A DNA stretch of 64,000 nt from Bryobacterales bacterium (GTDB lineage Bacteria; Acidobacteriota; Terriglobia; Bryobacterales; UBA6623): contig OY729428.2 of assembly GCA_963422375.2 (NCBI GenBank), forward strand, positions 672,001 to 736,000, written 5' to 3'. Below are positions 30,470 through 42,410 of this stretch, piece by piece; position 1 is the stretch's first letter; each line of letters starts with the position of its first letter. A model generated the notes under the pieces. That model was given only the letters and a program-made list of their open reading frames with translations. It was not told the DNA's origin and made no database searches. A program made the position numbers and the translations under genes.

Positions 30470-31606
30470 TTAGCGGAATAGCAGGGGCGCCATGCGCGCG
30501 AGGTAGCCGCGCCAGACGGGCCAGCTGTGCCCGCCGTCGGTGAGCCGGTACACGTGCCGGATCCCCGCCGTCTCGAGGCGCGCCTTGAGGGCCTCGTTGC
30601 GCTCGAGGAGGAAGTCGTCGCGGCCCACGGCGATCCACAGGAGCCTGAGACGCTCGTTGGCCCGCTGCGGATCCCCTAGGAAGGCCCGCGCGGCGGGGTC
30701 GCCGTCCGGGTTCGGAGCGGCGGCCGAGAACGCGCCGACCCACGCGAAGCGGTCGAGGTTGCCGGTCCCGGCGCGCAGGGCCTGCCCACCGCCCATCGAC
30801 AGGCCCGCCACCGCCCGGCGCTCGCGGGACGGGTCGGCTCGGTACAGCGACTCCACCAGCGGGACCGCGCCTTCCAGCAGGTCCGCCACGAACGCGTCGC
30901 TGTTGCCCGAGGCGAGCCCCCGGCGCCGCGCGCTCCACGGCACGGGATGGCCGTTGGGCATGACGAGGAGCATCGGCTCCGCCTCGCCGGCCGCGATCAG
31001 GTTGTCTAGGATCAGGTTGGCCTTCCCGACCTCGGTCCAGGCGGTCTCGTCGTCCCCGGAACCGTGCAGCAGGTACAGCACCGGGTAGCTGCTGCCGGCA
31101 TCGCTCTCGTAGCCCGGAGGCGTGTACACCACCAGGCGGCGATGCGGACCGCCCGTCGACGAGGAGTAGTAATGCACGTGCAGCGCGCCGTGCGGCACGT
31201 CGCGCAGGTCGTACGGGCGCGGGTCGGAGGACCTGACCTCGACGAGGCTGGCGTTGCCTCCGCTCCAGCGCTTGACGGCGGCGTTGTGCGGATCGAGCAC
31301 GCGGACCCCGTCGAGGAGCAACGCGTAGCTGTAGATCGCGGGCGGCACGGGCCCCACGGTCAGCGACCAGAGGCCGCCCGGCCCCTTCTCCAGCGGGAGC
31401 CGCCGCCCGCCGGCCCACGGAGCGGCGAGTTCCACGCTCCCGGAGGCGGGGGCGCGGACGCGGAAGGTCACGCGGCCGTCCTCGTGGACGGTCGGCGACT
31501 CGACGGGCGCGGGGCCGCGCTGGGCGTGCAGCGCGCCGGCGAGGGCGAGCCAGGCAAGAGCGCCCGCCGCCGCGACGCGAAGTGGAGATCGGAGGGGTTC
31601 AGGCAT
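30470..31606 (-). CDS. Secreted esterase (Ig/CBM48-like N-terminus plus alpha/beta hydrolase)
   Basis: SPTVHEDGRVTFR..AP, VYTPPGY, YPVLYLLHGSGDDE, AGLSMGG, GGHSWPVW. Confidence 0.88.
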   Translation of the reverse strand: MPEPLRSPLRVAAAGALAWLALAGALHAQRGPAPVESPTVHEDGRVTFRVRAPASGSVELAAPWAGGRRLPLEKGPGGLWSLTVGPVPPAIYSYALLLDGVRVLDPHNAAVKRWSGGNASLVEVRSSDPRPYDLRDVPHGALHVHYYSSSTGGPHRRLVVYTPPGYESDAGSSYPVLYLLHGSGDDETAWTEVGKANLILDNLIAAGEAEPMLLVMPNGHPVPWSARRRGLASGNSDAFVADLLEGAVPLVESLYRADPSRERRAVAGLSMGGGQALRAGTGNLDRFAWVGAFSAAAPNPDGDPAARAFLGDPQRANERLRLLWIAVGRDDFLLERNEALKARLETAGIRHVYRLTDGGHSWPVWRGYLARMAPLLFR

Positions 31607-32501
31607 CGGGGCACTCCAGGGCCTTGCGGAGATTGTCGCCGCAGCGGGACAGGAGGCTCCGAGCCTCGGCGAGTCCCGTCTCTCGCTGCAGCATCAGGAT
31701 AGCGAGGCGCACGTTCTGGCCGGCCTCGGCCAGGCACCGCCGGGCCTCGCCCGGCCCGCATCCGGTCACCTCGGCGACGATTCGCTCGGCCCGGCGCGCC
31801 AGCTTGCGGTTCTTCACCTGCACGTTGACCATGAGGTTGCCAAGGACGCACCCGGTGCGGATCATCAGCCCCGTCGAGAGCATGTTGAGAACGAGCTTCT
31901 GCGCCGTGCCGCTCTTCATGCGGGTCGAGCCGGTCACGACCTCCGGCCCGACGGCCGGGGTGATCGGGAAGTCCACCGCCCTCTCCAGGGCGGAGCCGCG
32001 GCTGCAGCTCAGCCCGACCGTGACGGCCGCGAGCGCGGCAGCGTGAGCCACGGCGCCGAGCACGTAGGGCGTCCGCCCGCTCGCCGCGACGCCGACCAAG
32101 GCGTCGCCCGGACCGAAGGCCCGGGCTTGGAGATCCCTGCGCCCGGCGTCCCGGCTGTCCTCGGCGCCCTCGACCGAGCGCTGGAGGGCCTCCGCGCCGC
32201 CGGCGATTAGCGCCTGCACCCTGTCCGGAGGCGTTCCGAAAGTCGGCGGGCACTCCGCGGCGTCGAGCACGCCCAGGCGCCCGCTGGTGCCGGCACCCGC
32301 GTAGAAGAGCCGGCCGCCTCGCTCCCAGCACCCCACGATCGCGTCCAGCGCCCGCGCGACGCGCGGGATCTGCTCGCCGACCGCGACGGCGACCCGCCGG
32401 TCCTCGGCGTTGAGGATGCGCAGGACACCTTCGGTCGACGCGCTGTCGATCTCGCGCGAGCGCGGGTTCCGCGCCTCGGTCTGCGGGAGGATCTCGTCCA
32501 T
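31599..32501 (-). CDS. murQ: N-acetylmuramic acid 6-phosphate etherase
   Basis: TEARNP, GAGTSGRLGVLDAAECPPTFG, GAED, AASGRTPYV, GPEVVTGSTRMKSGTAQKLVLNMLST. Confidence 0.96.
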   Translation of the reverse strand: MDEILPQTEARNPRSREIDSASTEGVLRILNAEDRRVAVAVGEQIPRVARALDAIVGCWERGGRLFYAGAGTSGRLGVLDAAECPPTFGTPPDRVQALIAGGAEALQRSVEGAEDSRDAGRRDLQARAFGPGDALVGVAASGRTPYVLGAVAHAAALAAVTVGLSCSRGSALERAVDFPITPAVGPEVVTGSTRMKSGTAQKLVLNMLSTGLMIRTGCVLGNLMVNVQVKNRKLARRAERIVAEVTGCGPGEARRCLAEAGQNVRLAILMLQRETGLAEARSLLSRCGDNLRKALECPDA

Positions 32502-32603
32502 CGACCTGGTTCCGCCGGCCGTGCGCAGCGGGAGCCGCGGGGACTCGCCAAGCTGCTAAGCTGGCAGTTCGCCCCGAGCTATGCAGCGTAACCGATTCGC
32601 CCC

Positions 32604-33542
32604 GTGGAATATCGCAAGCTAGGCCGGACCGAGCTGGAGGTCTCCGTCCTCGGGTACGGCGCGTCGCCCCTCGGCAACGAGTTCGAGGAGATCGACGCTC
32701 GCGAGGGCGAGCGCGCCGTGCATATGGCCATCGACCACGGCGTCAACTTCTTCGACACCTCCCCGTATTACGGGCGAACGCTCTCGGAGGAGCGGCTGGG
32801 ACAGACGCTGGGGGCCAAGCGCAAGGACATCGTGCTGGCGACCAAGTGCGGGCGCTACGACGTCGACCGCTTCGATTTCTCGGCGCAGCGCGTGCGGTCG
32901 AGCATCGACGAGTCGCTGCGCCGCCTGCGCACCGACTACGTCGACATCCTGCAGATGCACGATATCGAGTTCGCGGACCGCGAGCAGGTGATCGGCGAGG
33001 CCCTGCCGGCTGCGCGCGAACTGCAGCGGGCCGGCAAGTGCCGCTACGTGGGGATCACGGCGCTGCCGCTCGGCATCCTGCGGGACGTGGCGGAGCGGGC
33101 CCCGGTCGACACGATCCTGTCCTACGCCCGTTACAACCTCATGGCGGACGACCTCGACGCCGAGCTGCGCCCGCTGTGCCAGGAGCGGGGCATCGGCCTT
33201 ATCAACGCTTCGCCGCTGCACCTGCGCATCCTGACCGAGAGGGGCGCCCCGCCGTGGCACCGGGCAGCGCCGGAAGTGCAGGAGGCGGGCACGCGGGTGG
33301 CGCTGCTGTGCCGCGCCCGCGGCGTGGACGTCTCCGAGGTGGCGCTGAAGTTCTGCTACGACTATCCCCACACGGCGAGCGTCCTGGTCGGCATGTCCAA
33401 GAGCCGGCATGTCGAGCGCAATCTGAAGGCCTTCGCGTTCGAGGGCCGGGGCGGGCTGCTCGAGGAGATAGCGGAGATCGTCCGGCCGGTGCGGAATCGG
33501 ATCTGGCCCACGGGGCTGCGGGAAAACCAAGATCCGCACTAG
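32604..33542 (+). CDS. Aldo/keto reductase (L-galactose/L-fucose dehydrogenase-like)
   Basis: YRKLGRT.L.VS.LGYG, FFDTSPYYG, ATKCGRY, SLRRLRTDYVD..QMHDIEF. Confidence 0.85.
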   Translation: MEYRKLGRTELEVSVLGYGASPLGNEFEEIDAREGERAVHMAIDHGVNFFDTSPYYGRTLSEERLGQTLGAKRKDIVLATKCGRYDVDRFDFSAQRVRSSIDESLRRLRTDYVDILQMHDIEFADREQVIGEALPAARELQRAGKCRYVGITALPLGILRDVAERAPVDTILSYARYNLMADDLDAELRPLCQERGIGLINASPLHLRILTERGAPPWHRAAPEVQEAGTRVALLCRARGVDVSEVALKFCYDYPHTASVLVGMSKSRHVERNLKAFAFEGRGGLLEEIAEIVRPVRNRIWPTGLRENQDPH

Positions 33543-33546
33543 CGGC

Positions 33547-34395
33547 GTGACGGTCGACTCGCACCAGCACTTCTGGCGCTACAGCCCGGACGAGTACGGC
33601 TGGATCTCCGACGAGATGGGGATACTGCGGCGGGACTTCCTAGCTCCGGAGCTGCTGCGCGAGTCCGAGCGGGCCGGAGTAGACGGGGTCGTTTCCGTGC
33701 AGGCGCGCCAGACGCTCGAGGAAACGCGCGCGCTGCTCGAGACGGCGCGGCGCAACGCGTTCGTGCTGGGCGTGGTGGGTTGGGCGCCCCTGCGGGCCCC
33801 CGATGCCCCCGAAACCCTCGAGGAGCTGGCGCAGTGGCCCGAGCTCAAGGGATGCCGGCACGTGCTGCAGGACGAGCCTGACGACCGCTACATGCTGGGC
33901 GTCGCGTTCAACCAGGGCGTCCGGGCCCTGACGGCGCTGGGGCTGGCCTACGACATCCTCATCTACGAGCGCCACCTGCCTCAGACGGTCGCGTTCGTGG
34001 ACCGCCACCCCAACCAAGTCTTCGTGCTGGACCACCTCGGCAAGCCGCGCATTCGCGACAGGTCGTTCGAGGCGTGGCGCCACGGCCTGCGCGAGCTGGC
34101 CCGCCGCGACAACGTCTACTGCAAGATGTCGGGCGTCGTCACGGAGGCGGACTGGAGCGGCTGGAGCGAGGAGCAGCTGCGGCCCTACCTGGACGCAGCG
34201 CTCGAGGCCTTCGGCCCGCGGCGGCTGATGTTCGGCTCCGACTGGCCGCTCTGCCTGCTGGCGGTCGGGTACGGCCGCTGGTTCGAGCTGGCGGACGCGT
34301 TCGCGTCGCGTCTCGCGGCGGGTGAGCGCGCCCGGATCCTCGGCGGCACGGCGGCCGAGGCCTACGGTCTGGACGCGGGCGGGGCGCTACAATGA
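33547..34395 (+). CDS. Amidohydrolase 2 (L-fucono-1,5-lactonase-like)
   Basis: DSHQHFW, VQARQ, RHVLQDE, LDHLGKP, CKMSG..TEA, MFGSDWP. Confidence 0.85.
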   Translation: MTVDSHQHFWRYSPDEYGWISDEMGILRRDFLAPELLRESERAGVDGVVSVQARQTLEETRALLETARRNAFVLGVVGWAPLRAPDAPETLEELAQWPELKGCRHVLQDEPDDRYMLGVAFNQGVRALTALGLAYDILIYERHLPQTVAFVDRHPNQVFVLDHLGKPRIRDRSFEAWRHGLRELARRDNVYCKMSGVVTEADWSGWSEEQLRPYLDAALEAFGPRRLMFGSDWPLCLLAVGYGRWFELADAFASRLAAGERARILGGTAAEAYGLDAGGALQ

Positions 34396-34414
34396 CGGCT
34401 GGCACGGGCGGTCC

Positions 34415-35815
<1,401 letters not shown>

Positions 35816-35868
35816 GCGCAGTCGGCTCGCGTTGACAGGGTCCGGCTCGTAGCGAGGAGCATGCAAGC

Positions 35869-37251
35869 ATGTTGAATCGAAGGGCCTTCCTAGCATCGGC
35901 GGCCGGGCTGGCCGCGGGCGCGTCGTGCCGCGAGTCCGGGCCGCCGCCAAACGTCTTGGTACTGATGCCGGACCAGTGGCGCGGGGCGGATCTCGGCGTC
36001 ATGGGCAACCGCGACGTAAAGACGCCGAACATGGACGCGCTGGCCAGGGACGGCGCGCTGCTGCGCAACTTCACCGCGAACTGCCCCGTATGCTGCCCCG
36101 CCCGCGGGACGCTCCTGACCGGCCGCTACGGCCACGAGCACGGCGTCGACGTCAACGACGCGCCCCTGCCGGACGAGGAGATCACGATCGCAGAGGTCGC
36201 CAAGGCCGGAGGCTACCGGACGGGATTCTCCGGGAAGTGGCACCTCGAGGGCGGCAAGCGCCTGCCGGGCTTCGTCGAGCCGGCCCGCCGGCAGGGCTTC
36301 GATTTCTGGGCGGCCAACATCTGCAGCCACAACTACTGGGACATGCAGTACTTCCGGGACTCGCCCGAACCGATCCAGATCGAGGGCTATTCCGCGTCCG
36401 CTTTCACCGACGCCGCCTTGGAATTCGTGCGCCAGGACCTGCAGACGCCCTTCCTGCTGTACGTCCAGTGGGGCCCGCCGCACAACCCGTACGTGGCGCC
36501 GCCGGAGTACATGAACATGTACGAGCCCGACCTGCTGAAGATGCGGCCGAACTGGAACGGTCCCGTCGAATCGCAGCGGAGGGGGGCCATGGGCAGCCGG
36601 GCGGACATCGCCGGGTACTACGCCGCGATCACCTTCATCGACGACGAGATCGGGCGGATGGTCGCGGCGCTGAAGGAGACTGGGCAGTTCGAGAACACGA
36701 TCATCCTGATCACCTCGGACCACGGCGACATGCTGGGCTCGCAGGGAACGGTCCTGAAGCGGAAGCCGTGGGCGGAATCCCTGCAAGTGCCGGGCATAGT
36801 GCATTTCCCCGCAGGCGTGCCCGCGGGCCAGGAGACCGGGATGCCGGTCTCGCACGTTGACGTGGTCCCGACGCTGCTGGGCCTAGCAGGCCTGGAGAGC
36901 CCTCAAGGCGTTTCGGGAGTGGACCTTTCGGCTCACCTGCTCGCGCCCGAGCGCGGCGGGCTGCCAGACGCGCCGGAACCCGAGTCCGTCTTCGCGCAGA
37001 GCTACACGCCGACAGAACGATCGCGGTTCCCGGCGTGGAGGGGCGTGCGCACGGCCCGATACACGTACGCACGCCACGAGAGCGAGCCCTGGCTGCTCTA
37101 CGACAACGAAGCCGACCCGTTCCAGCTGCGCAACCTGGCGGGCCTGCCGGAGCATGCCGAGATCCAAGCGCACTTAGACGGCCTCACGATGGACTGGTTC
37201 GAGCGGACCGGTGACGACTGGGCGGAGCGGGCCGACCTGCCCTACCGCTGA
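35869..37251 (+). CDS. Cys-type sulfatase with Tat signal
   Basis: NRRAFL signal, CCPARGTLLTG (CxPxR), GKWHL, SDHGDMLG. Confidence 0.92.
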   Translation: MLNRRAFLASAAGLAAGASCRESGPPPNVLVLMPDQWRGADLGVMGNRDVKTPNMDALARDGALLRNFTANCPVCCPARGTLLTGRYGHEHGVDVNDAPLPDEEITIAEVAKAGGYRTGFSGKWHLEGGKRLPGFVEPARRQGFDFWAANICSHNYWDMQYFRDSPEPIQIEGYSASAFTDAALEFVRQDLQTPFLLYVQWGPPHNPYVAPPEYMNMYEPDLLKMRPNWNGPVESQRRGAMGSRADIAGYYAAITFIDDEIGRMVAALKETGQFENTIILITSDHGDMLGSQGTVLKRKPWAESLQVPGIVHFPAGVPAGQETGMPVSHVDVVPTLLGLAGLESPQGVSGVDLSAHLLAPERGGLPDAPEPESVFAQSYTPTERSRFPAWRGVRTARYTYARHESEPWLLYDNEADPFQLRNLAGLPEHAEIQAHLDGLTMDWFERTGDDWAERADLPYR

Positions 37252-37278
37252 CGCGCCCAGCGGGCGTCGGCCGACACG

Positions 37279-37719
37279 TCAGTTGGGCCGCAGGGTCGGT
37301 GTCTCGCCGCCGAATTCGTCAATGATCCTGCGCCGACCGGCAAAACCCTCTTGGGTCGAGTGCCACCACTCGATCTTCGTCTCGCCGAGCCTCCAGCAGA
37401 GATACACCTCGACGCCGTTCAGCAGCGCGGGGAAGTCGAGCAGGCCCTTGTCGAGATCCTTGACCAGGCAGCCGCTCCGCTGGATGTCGTTGACCGATTC
37501 CTCGACGGAGCGGACGAGGGAGATGCGTTCCAGCTTCCGCCGCACGACCTGACCGGGGTCGACCTCCATGCCGCCCGCCATGCAGACGCGCGCGGCGAGC
37601 TCGTGCATCTCGCTGTCGATCTCGCCGATCAGCGCCTTGGCTCGAATCGCGGTCTCCAAGGAATTCTTGACAACCGGAATGAGGCTCTCCGCCTCCTGCA
37701 ATGTGAAGTACCTTGCCAT
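37279..37719 (-). CDS. DUF2203 domain protein
   Basis: RYFTLQEAESLIP, GCLVKDLDKGLLDFP, VYLCWRLGE..I.WWH...GFAGRR. Confidence 0.88.
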   Translation of the reverse strand: MARYFTLQEAESLIPVVKNSLETAIRAKALIGEIDSEMHELAARVCMAGGMEVDPGQVVRRKLERISLVRSVEESVNDIQRSGCLVKDLDKGLLDFPALLNGVEVYLCWRLGETKIEWWHSTQEGFAGRRRIIDEFGGETPTLRPN

Positions 37720-39497
37720 AGGGACCCGCTCTCCTTCCGGTGCGTCCGCACGCAACCCCGGCCGGGCCGGCACCTGCCCAAGGATCGGCGCCGGGCCGGA
37801 GGCTAGAGTCAGGATACCAGCTTCGTCGGCGGAATTGGGCGCTACCCGCCTGCGAAGCCGCTCAGCCAAGGGTCATCGCGGAACCAATGCGCTCCCGCGA
37901 CCGCGAGCACATTAGCGGAAATTTCGCGGAGGATCCGGCGCGGGACTTGGCACACGGAGCCGCATTAGCACGCTTTCACGCACACGAAGGCGCCTCCGGC
38001 ACGTCCCAGCCGACAGAAGCCGCACTTGTCGGGTCGCAATATCCCCGGCTTCCGGCGGTCACCAAAGCTGGGATATCGTACGGTGCGCAGTGCCGGATGG
38101 ACAGCAGACGGTGACAACCGGAAACTGGGCGCGAAGCGCTATCGTGCAGGGGCATTCAATGCCACCGAGCTACTTGGATTTCCGGCTGATTGGATCGGCG
38201 CGGATTTCCGCTCCTAGATCAACTGATTCTTCGCTAGCGAAGCGGACCACCGGTCAGATGCGCTGCTTGCGAATCGCCGACACGGGATATAGAGCATCGT
38301 CCGTTCCTCCAACCCTGGCAAACATCTTCAGTATATAGACTCCTCAATTTCAACAGAATTTCCCGGACAATTCTACCGATCAATAGGTCGATATCAAAAA
38401 ATGAGTTCACGGTATGAGCCAGAATTATACTAACTACACGTCAACTCGTTTCGATCAGACATTGTGCGATTAATGTCCTCGAATTTCTTTGAACATTTCG
38501 AATCCATAGATTCCGAGTCCTCGAAATAATCATTGAATTAATACTCGCAAGAAATACTCAAGTCTCGGTGCAATTTCCATCCAGTCTGGTCGACATCAGA
38601 ATCGAATTCTCTTGGATGAATGAATCGATTCTAACCAGTGTCATTTCATTCTCGTGTCGATGTTGATCAAATGGCGATCACATCGGATCAGACTCTGCGA
38701 ACATGCACCAATTAGGATCATCCAAGAATCGTGGCCCGGGGCATCCGCCGAGTCGCCGAGGCGGGTTCTTCGTCAGCGCTAGGCAGAGAGGCACGGCCCA
38801 TTGGTCCAGGCGCGTAGCAAGGGCACCCGCAACCGAGCCCGGCAGCCGACGGGCTTCGCCGTCGGCTTGCGGGCGGAGCGCGACGGTCCGAAGCAGCGGC
38901 TGCTGGCGGCGGACTGCTCGCGCCAGTTCTGGTGCCTTGGCAGGTTCTCAACAGCAGGCACCGTCCGGAAGCCAAGTCGCCGCTACCCGGCCTCGGGCCC
39001 GTCATCGAACGCGCACCCTCGCTTCGGAGAAGGCGGCGACTGCCGTCGACCGACGGCGACGAAGGATCCAAGGGGGCTCTGCACCCCGCGTTGACCGCCA
39101 CCAGGGACAGTTCGGCGCTTATGCGCGCTATCTGCCGATCCGGCACTGCCGGAAGGTCGTAAGAGTTTTGATTCCAATGGGTTAGGCGTGACCGATTGAA
39201 TCAAGCAACCGCCTCCATGTACGTCAATGCGCGAGGCACTGAGTCTGGTCCTAAGGGTCTTCCGCCCTGCTCGAATTCCGGAGACCCCTCCTATCGCCTG
39301 CGTCGCCGGAAACAGGGTTTCCTCTCGACCTCGATGGCCCCGATCCGAGTGGTCGGCGCACAAGATCAACCGTCACTCCAGGCCGGTGCGCCGACAGGAC
39401 TGAACAAGGGAACGACATCGGCGACTGGGGCGGACGCCTGTCGCGATGGCTCGCGCACCCGCAACATAGCACCGCCAGCGATTAAGCTGCTGTACGG

Positions 39498-40598
39498 TCA
39501 TGCTCGGGAGTCTCCGTCTGCATCAAGCAGTAGAGCGACTAGGGGTTCGTTGACGAAGTATTTGAACCGACCCGAACGATGCTTGCGAAGGAATCCCCTA
39601 TCGGCGAGGAGGTCTAGTCGCCGGGCCGCAGTCTGCCTCGTCACGCCTAAGTGGATCCGAGCAAAGGCGATTGTCGTGTAGGGTTGGCGAAAGATACTGT
39701 TGAGGAGGTCTTGCGAGTAGATTCTCGGCAGCTCGGCCCTGATTTTATGTTTGTACTGTGCCATCAGGTCTCCGATGCCCTTGACCAAGCCCAAAGTGTG
39801 CTGGGATGTCTCTACGATGGAAGCAAGCATGTAGGTCAGCCAAGCCTCCCATGCATTCTGGTCGCGCACCCCCTGCAAGCATCTGTAATAGTCTTCCTTG
39901 GAACGAGTGATGGCCCTGCTCAGGTACAGGATGGGCATTTCAAGCAGGTTACAGCGAACTAGGTAGAGAACATTCAAGATTCTCCCAACGCGACCGTTTC
40001 CATCCGCAAAGGGGTGGATGCTCTCGAATTGATGATGGATTACGGCCATGCGAACCAAGGGGTCCAACGAGCTTGCGGCGTCGCAATTGATGAAGCGCTC
40101 CAGCTCGCCCATTTTCTCGACGATCTCCCGCCCGTCTTGGGGAGGCCCGTAGTCCGGCTCCCCTGTCCCAGTGTGGCGAAGCACGGTTCCGGGCGTGACA
40201 CGAAAGCCGTCAGTCCGGGACTTCACCCTCCTGTAGATGGTAATCAGCAGGTTGTTTGTGATCAAGCCTTGCAGTTCCTGCATGCCGTCGAATCTCTCCT
40301 TGAGGGCAGCTCCGCAGCTGACCACATCCTTCGCAGCGGGACTGAGCATGTTCTCTGGGAACAGGCTTGACTGGAACAGTTCGTCCTGGCTGGTGACGAT
40401 GTCTTCTATGTGGCAGCTCGCCCGGGCCTCCTGAAGGATTAGCGTGTCGATCAGGATCAGCGGATTCGGAACGGAGACCGAGCGCCCCTTGAGTTCGGCC
40501 AAGTGACGGTGGGCCTCGGCGGCCGCCTTCAGCACTACCGGCGTTTCGAGATCGACCGGCGGTGGAAGGGGTGGCAACTGGTATCTCGGCCGGTCCAT
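39498..40598 (-). CDS. Fic-family protein (Fic_N + Fic + C-terminal HTH)
   Basis: HHQFESIHPFADGNGRVGR catalytic motif, LQEARASCHIEDIVT inhibitory-helix region, C-terminal HTH VTRQTAARRLD.L...GFL. Start 40598 or 40631. Confidence 0.92.
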   Translation of the reverse strand: MDRPRYQLPPLPPPVDLETPVVLKAAAEAHRHLAELKGRSVSVPNPLILIDTLILQEARASCHIEDIVTSQDELFQSSLFPENMLSPAAKDVVSCGAALKERFDGMQELQGLITNNLLITIYRRVKSRTDGFRVTPGTVLRHTGTGEPDYGPPQDGREIVEKMGELERFINCDAASSLDPLVRMAVIHHQFESIHPFADGNGRVGRILNVLYLVRCNLLEMPILYLSRAITRSKEDYYRCLQGVRDQNAWEAWLTYMLASIVETSQHTLGLVKGIGDLMAQYKHKIRAELPRIYSQDLLNSIFRQPYTTIAFARIHLGVTRQTAARRLDLLADRGFLRKHRSGRFKYFVNEPLVALLLDADGDSRA

Positions 40599-40649
40599 GG
40601 CGGGTCGCGCGGGACAGCAATCCTCCCTCATAGTAGCAGGATAGGGGAT

Positions 40650-41092
40650 AACGCGTTAAGAAAACCGCGCTTTGTTAACACGACGCATTCGATGCGTTAG
40701 CGATGCGACCGGCAGCCCCCACAGCTTTACGTGGTGGCCCGTGCCGGGCCGAGGCTCGTGACCACCCCGCAGTCACGGCTGCCGCGTGTTCGCCAAACCC
40801 ACTCTCGTTTACGCGTCGGCCACAATGCGTTAAGGAAACCGCGATTCGTTAACGCGTCTCAAGCCATGTGTTAGCGATGCGACCGTATTCGAGCGCTCGC
40901 CCGGCTTGCCCCGGCCGACCGCCCCGACAGCCCCGCCTCGCGACCCGTGCCCGGCCGCGGTCTCGAGATCGCCATGCCGTCACGGCTGGTGCGTGTTCGC
41001 CAAACCCCACTCTCCTTTACACGTCGGCCGCAACGCGTTAAGGAAATCGCGATTCGCTAACACGTCCCAAGTCATGTGTTAACGGCGCGACC
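40650..41092. repeat. Degenerate tandem repeat with three 61-bp cores (40650, 40824, 41032), periods 174 and 208 bp
   Basis: Core AAYGCGTTAAGRAAAYCGCG.TT.GYTAACRCG....ATGYGTTARCGRYGCGACC three times. A further ~52-bp block is shared at 40772-40823 and 40979-41031. Confidence 0.9.
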
Positions 41093-41476
41093 CTATTTGA
41101 GCGCATTCCCGACACACCCGGTCGGGATCTGCGTGCGAGGCACTTGGCCGTCCTGCCGCATCCGACGATTCGCCCCTTACCCGGTCGCAGACCCGAGCGC
41201 CGCCGGGAACGGGCAGCGAGACACCGCTACCAGCAGGAGCCAACGCTTGCTGCGCCGGCCGGGGCGACACCCTCGCGTTCGCAGGCCCGCACTGCCCTAG
41301 CGCTCCGGCCCGCACGCGGTCGGAAGGCATGATCCAATGAAACCGGATCAGCGATCAAGTCCCCCGCGAGAAGCGCGCGACCTAGCGTCACCGAGCCGTC
41401 GCGTCGGCCGGGCCGGAACCTTGGAGCGACGGGGGAAGTCGCGTAGAGCGAAGCGAGCCCGAAGAGCGGAGACCCG

Positions 41477-42202
41477 CTACGTTTCGGAGGCGTCGAGCGC
41501 GGCTTGCATTCCGTCCCGCACACGCCGCATCAAGACCATCCGGTCCTCGATTGCCAAGCCGCCTGTCGCAACCGGCGGATGAAAGTGCAGCGTCAGCCAC
41601 CCCGGACGGGGGAACGCGGTACCCCTCGGCATCAACGACAGCGCTCCGTGGACGGTGACCGGCACGACTGGGACACCCGCTTCGATAGCTAGCTGGAACG
41701 GCCCGGGACGGAAGGGCAGGAGCCTCGCGGTAGGATTACGTGTGCCTTCCGGAAAGATGAGCATGGAGATACCCGACCGCAGCGTGTCGACCGCACGCTG
41801 GAGCGCTTCGCGCCGGGAGTCCCTCGCCTTGCGATCAACGCATATGAACCCGCCCAGACGCATGGTGTAGCCCAGCAGGGGGATCCGCCCCAGCGAGTCC
41901 TTCATGATGACCGCGATTCGGGGCAGGACCTGGAACAGGGCGGGAGCCTCCAGATTACTGACATGGTTGGCCACGAACACGCAGCAGGGGTGCTGGCGAG
42001 CGCGCTCGTGGTGCAACAGGCGCAGCCTCACTCCGGCAAGGCGCAAAGTAACCCGGCAGCCGACACGAGCCAGCCAGTAAATCGGACGGATAGAGCCGGT
42101 CACCCAAGTGACGGGCACGAACAGGGGCACCACCAGCGCCACGTACCCAGCAACGAACGGGTACGCCAGAAGGCACGAACGCAGCATTCTCGGAATTCGC
42201 AT
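41477..42202 (-). CDS. plsC: 1-acyl-sn-glycerol-3-phosphate acyltransferase
   Basis: FVANHVSNLE (NHxxxxD/E), IFPEGTR, PVVPV. Confidence 0.85.
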   Translation of the reverse strand: MRIPRMLRSCLLAYPFVAGYVALVVPLFVPVTWVTGSIRPIYWLARVGCRVTLRLAGVRLRLLHHERARQHPCCVFVANHVSNLEAPALFQVLPRIAVIMKDSLGRIPLLGYTMRLGGFICVDRKARDSRREALQRAVDTLRSGISMLIFPEGTRNPTARLLPFRPGPFQLAIEAGVPVVPVTVHGALSLMPRGTAFPRPGWLTLHFHPPVATGGLAIEDRMVLMRRVRDGMQAALDASET

Positions 42203-42410
42203 CCTAGCACCACGGTCCGAGACCGGATCCGGTCGCTTGCAACCGCTTGTCGCCAGCGGCTCCGAACTCGAGCGCTCCGTCGCTGTTATACTCAGTCGCA
42301 CGGGTTTCGGGACGGAATCGAGCAGCGGTCTCCTGCTTCGAGACCGGCCGGAAATGGGCGGGCGGACCCTCCCGGCCCGTCGGCAGATACGACCGAGGGG
42401 ATATTTCGGG

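Noticed and set aside
40650..41092. CRISPR array or integron attC array
   Set aside because: Units are 174-208 bp, the linkers resemble each other, there are no cas or intI genes, and the RYYYAAC...GTTRRRY geometry is not met.
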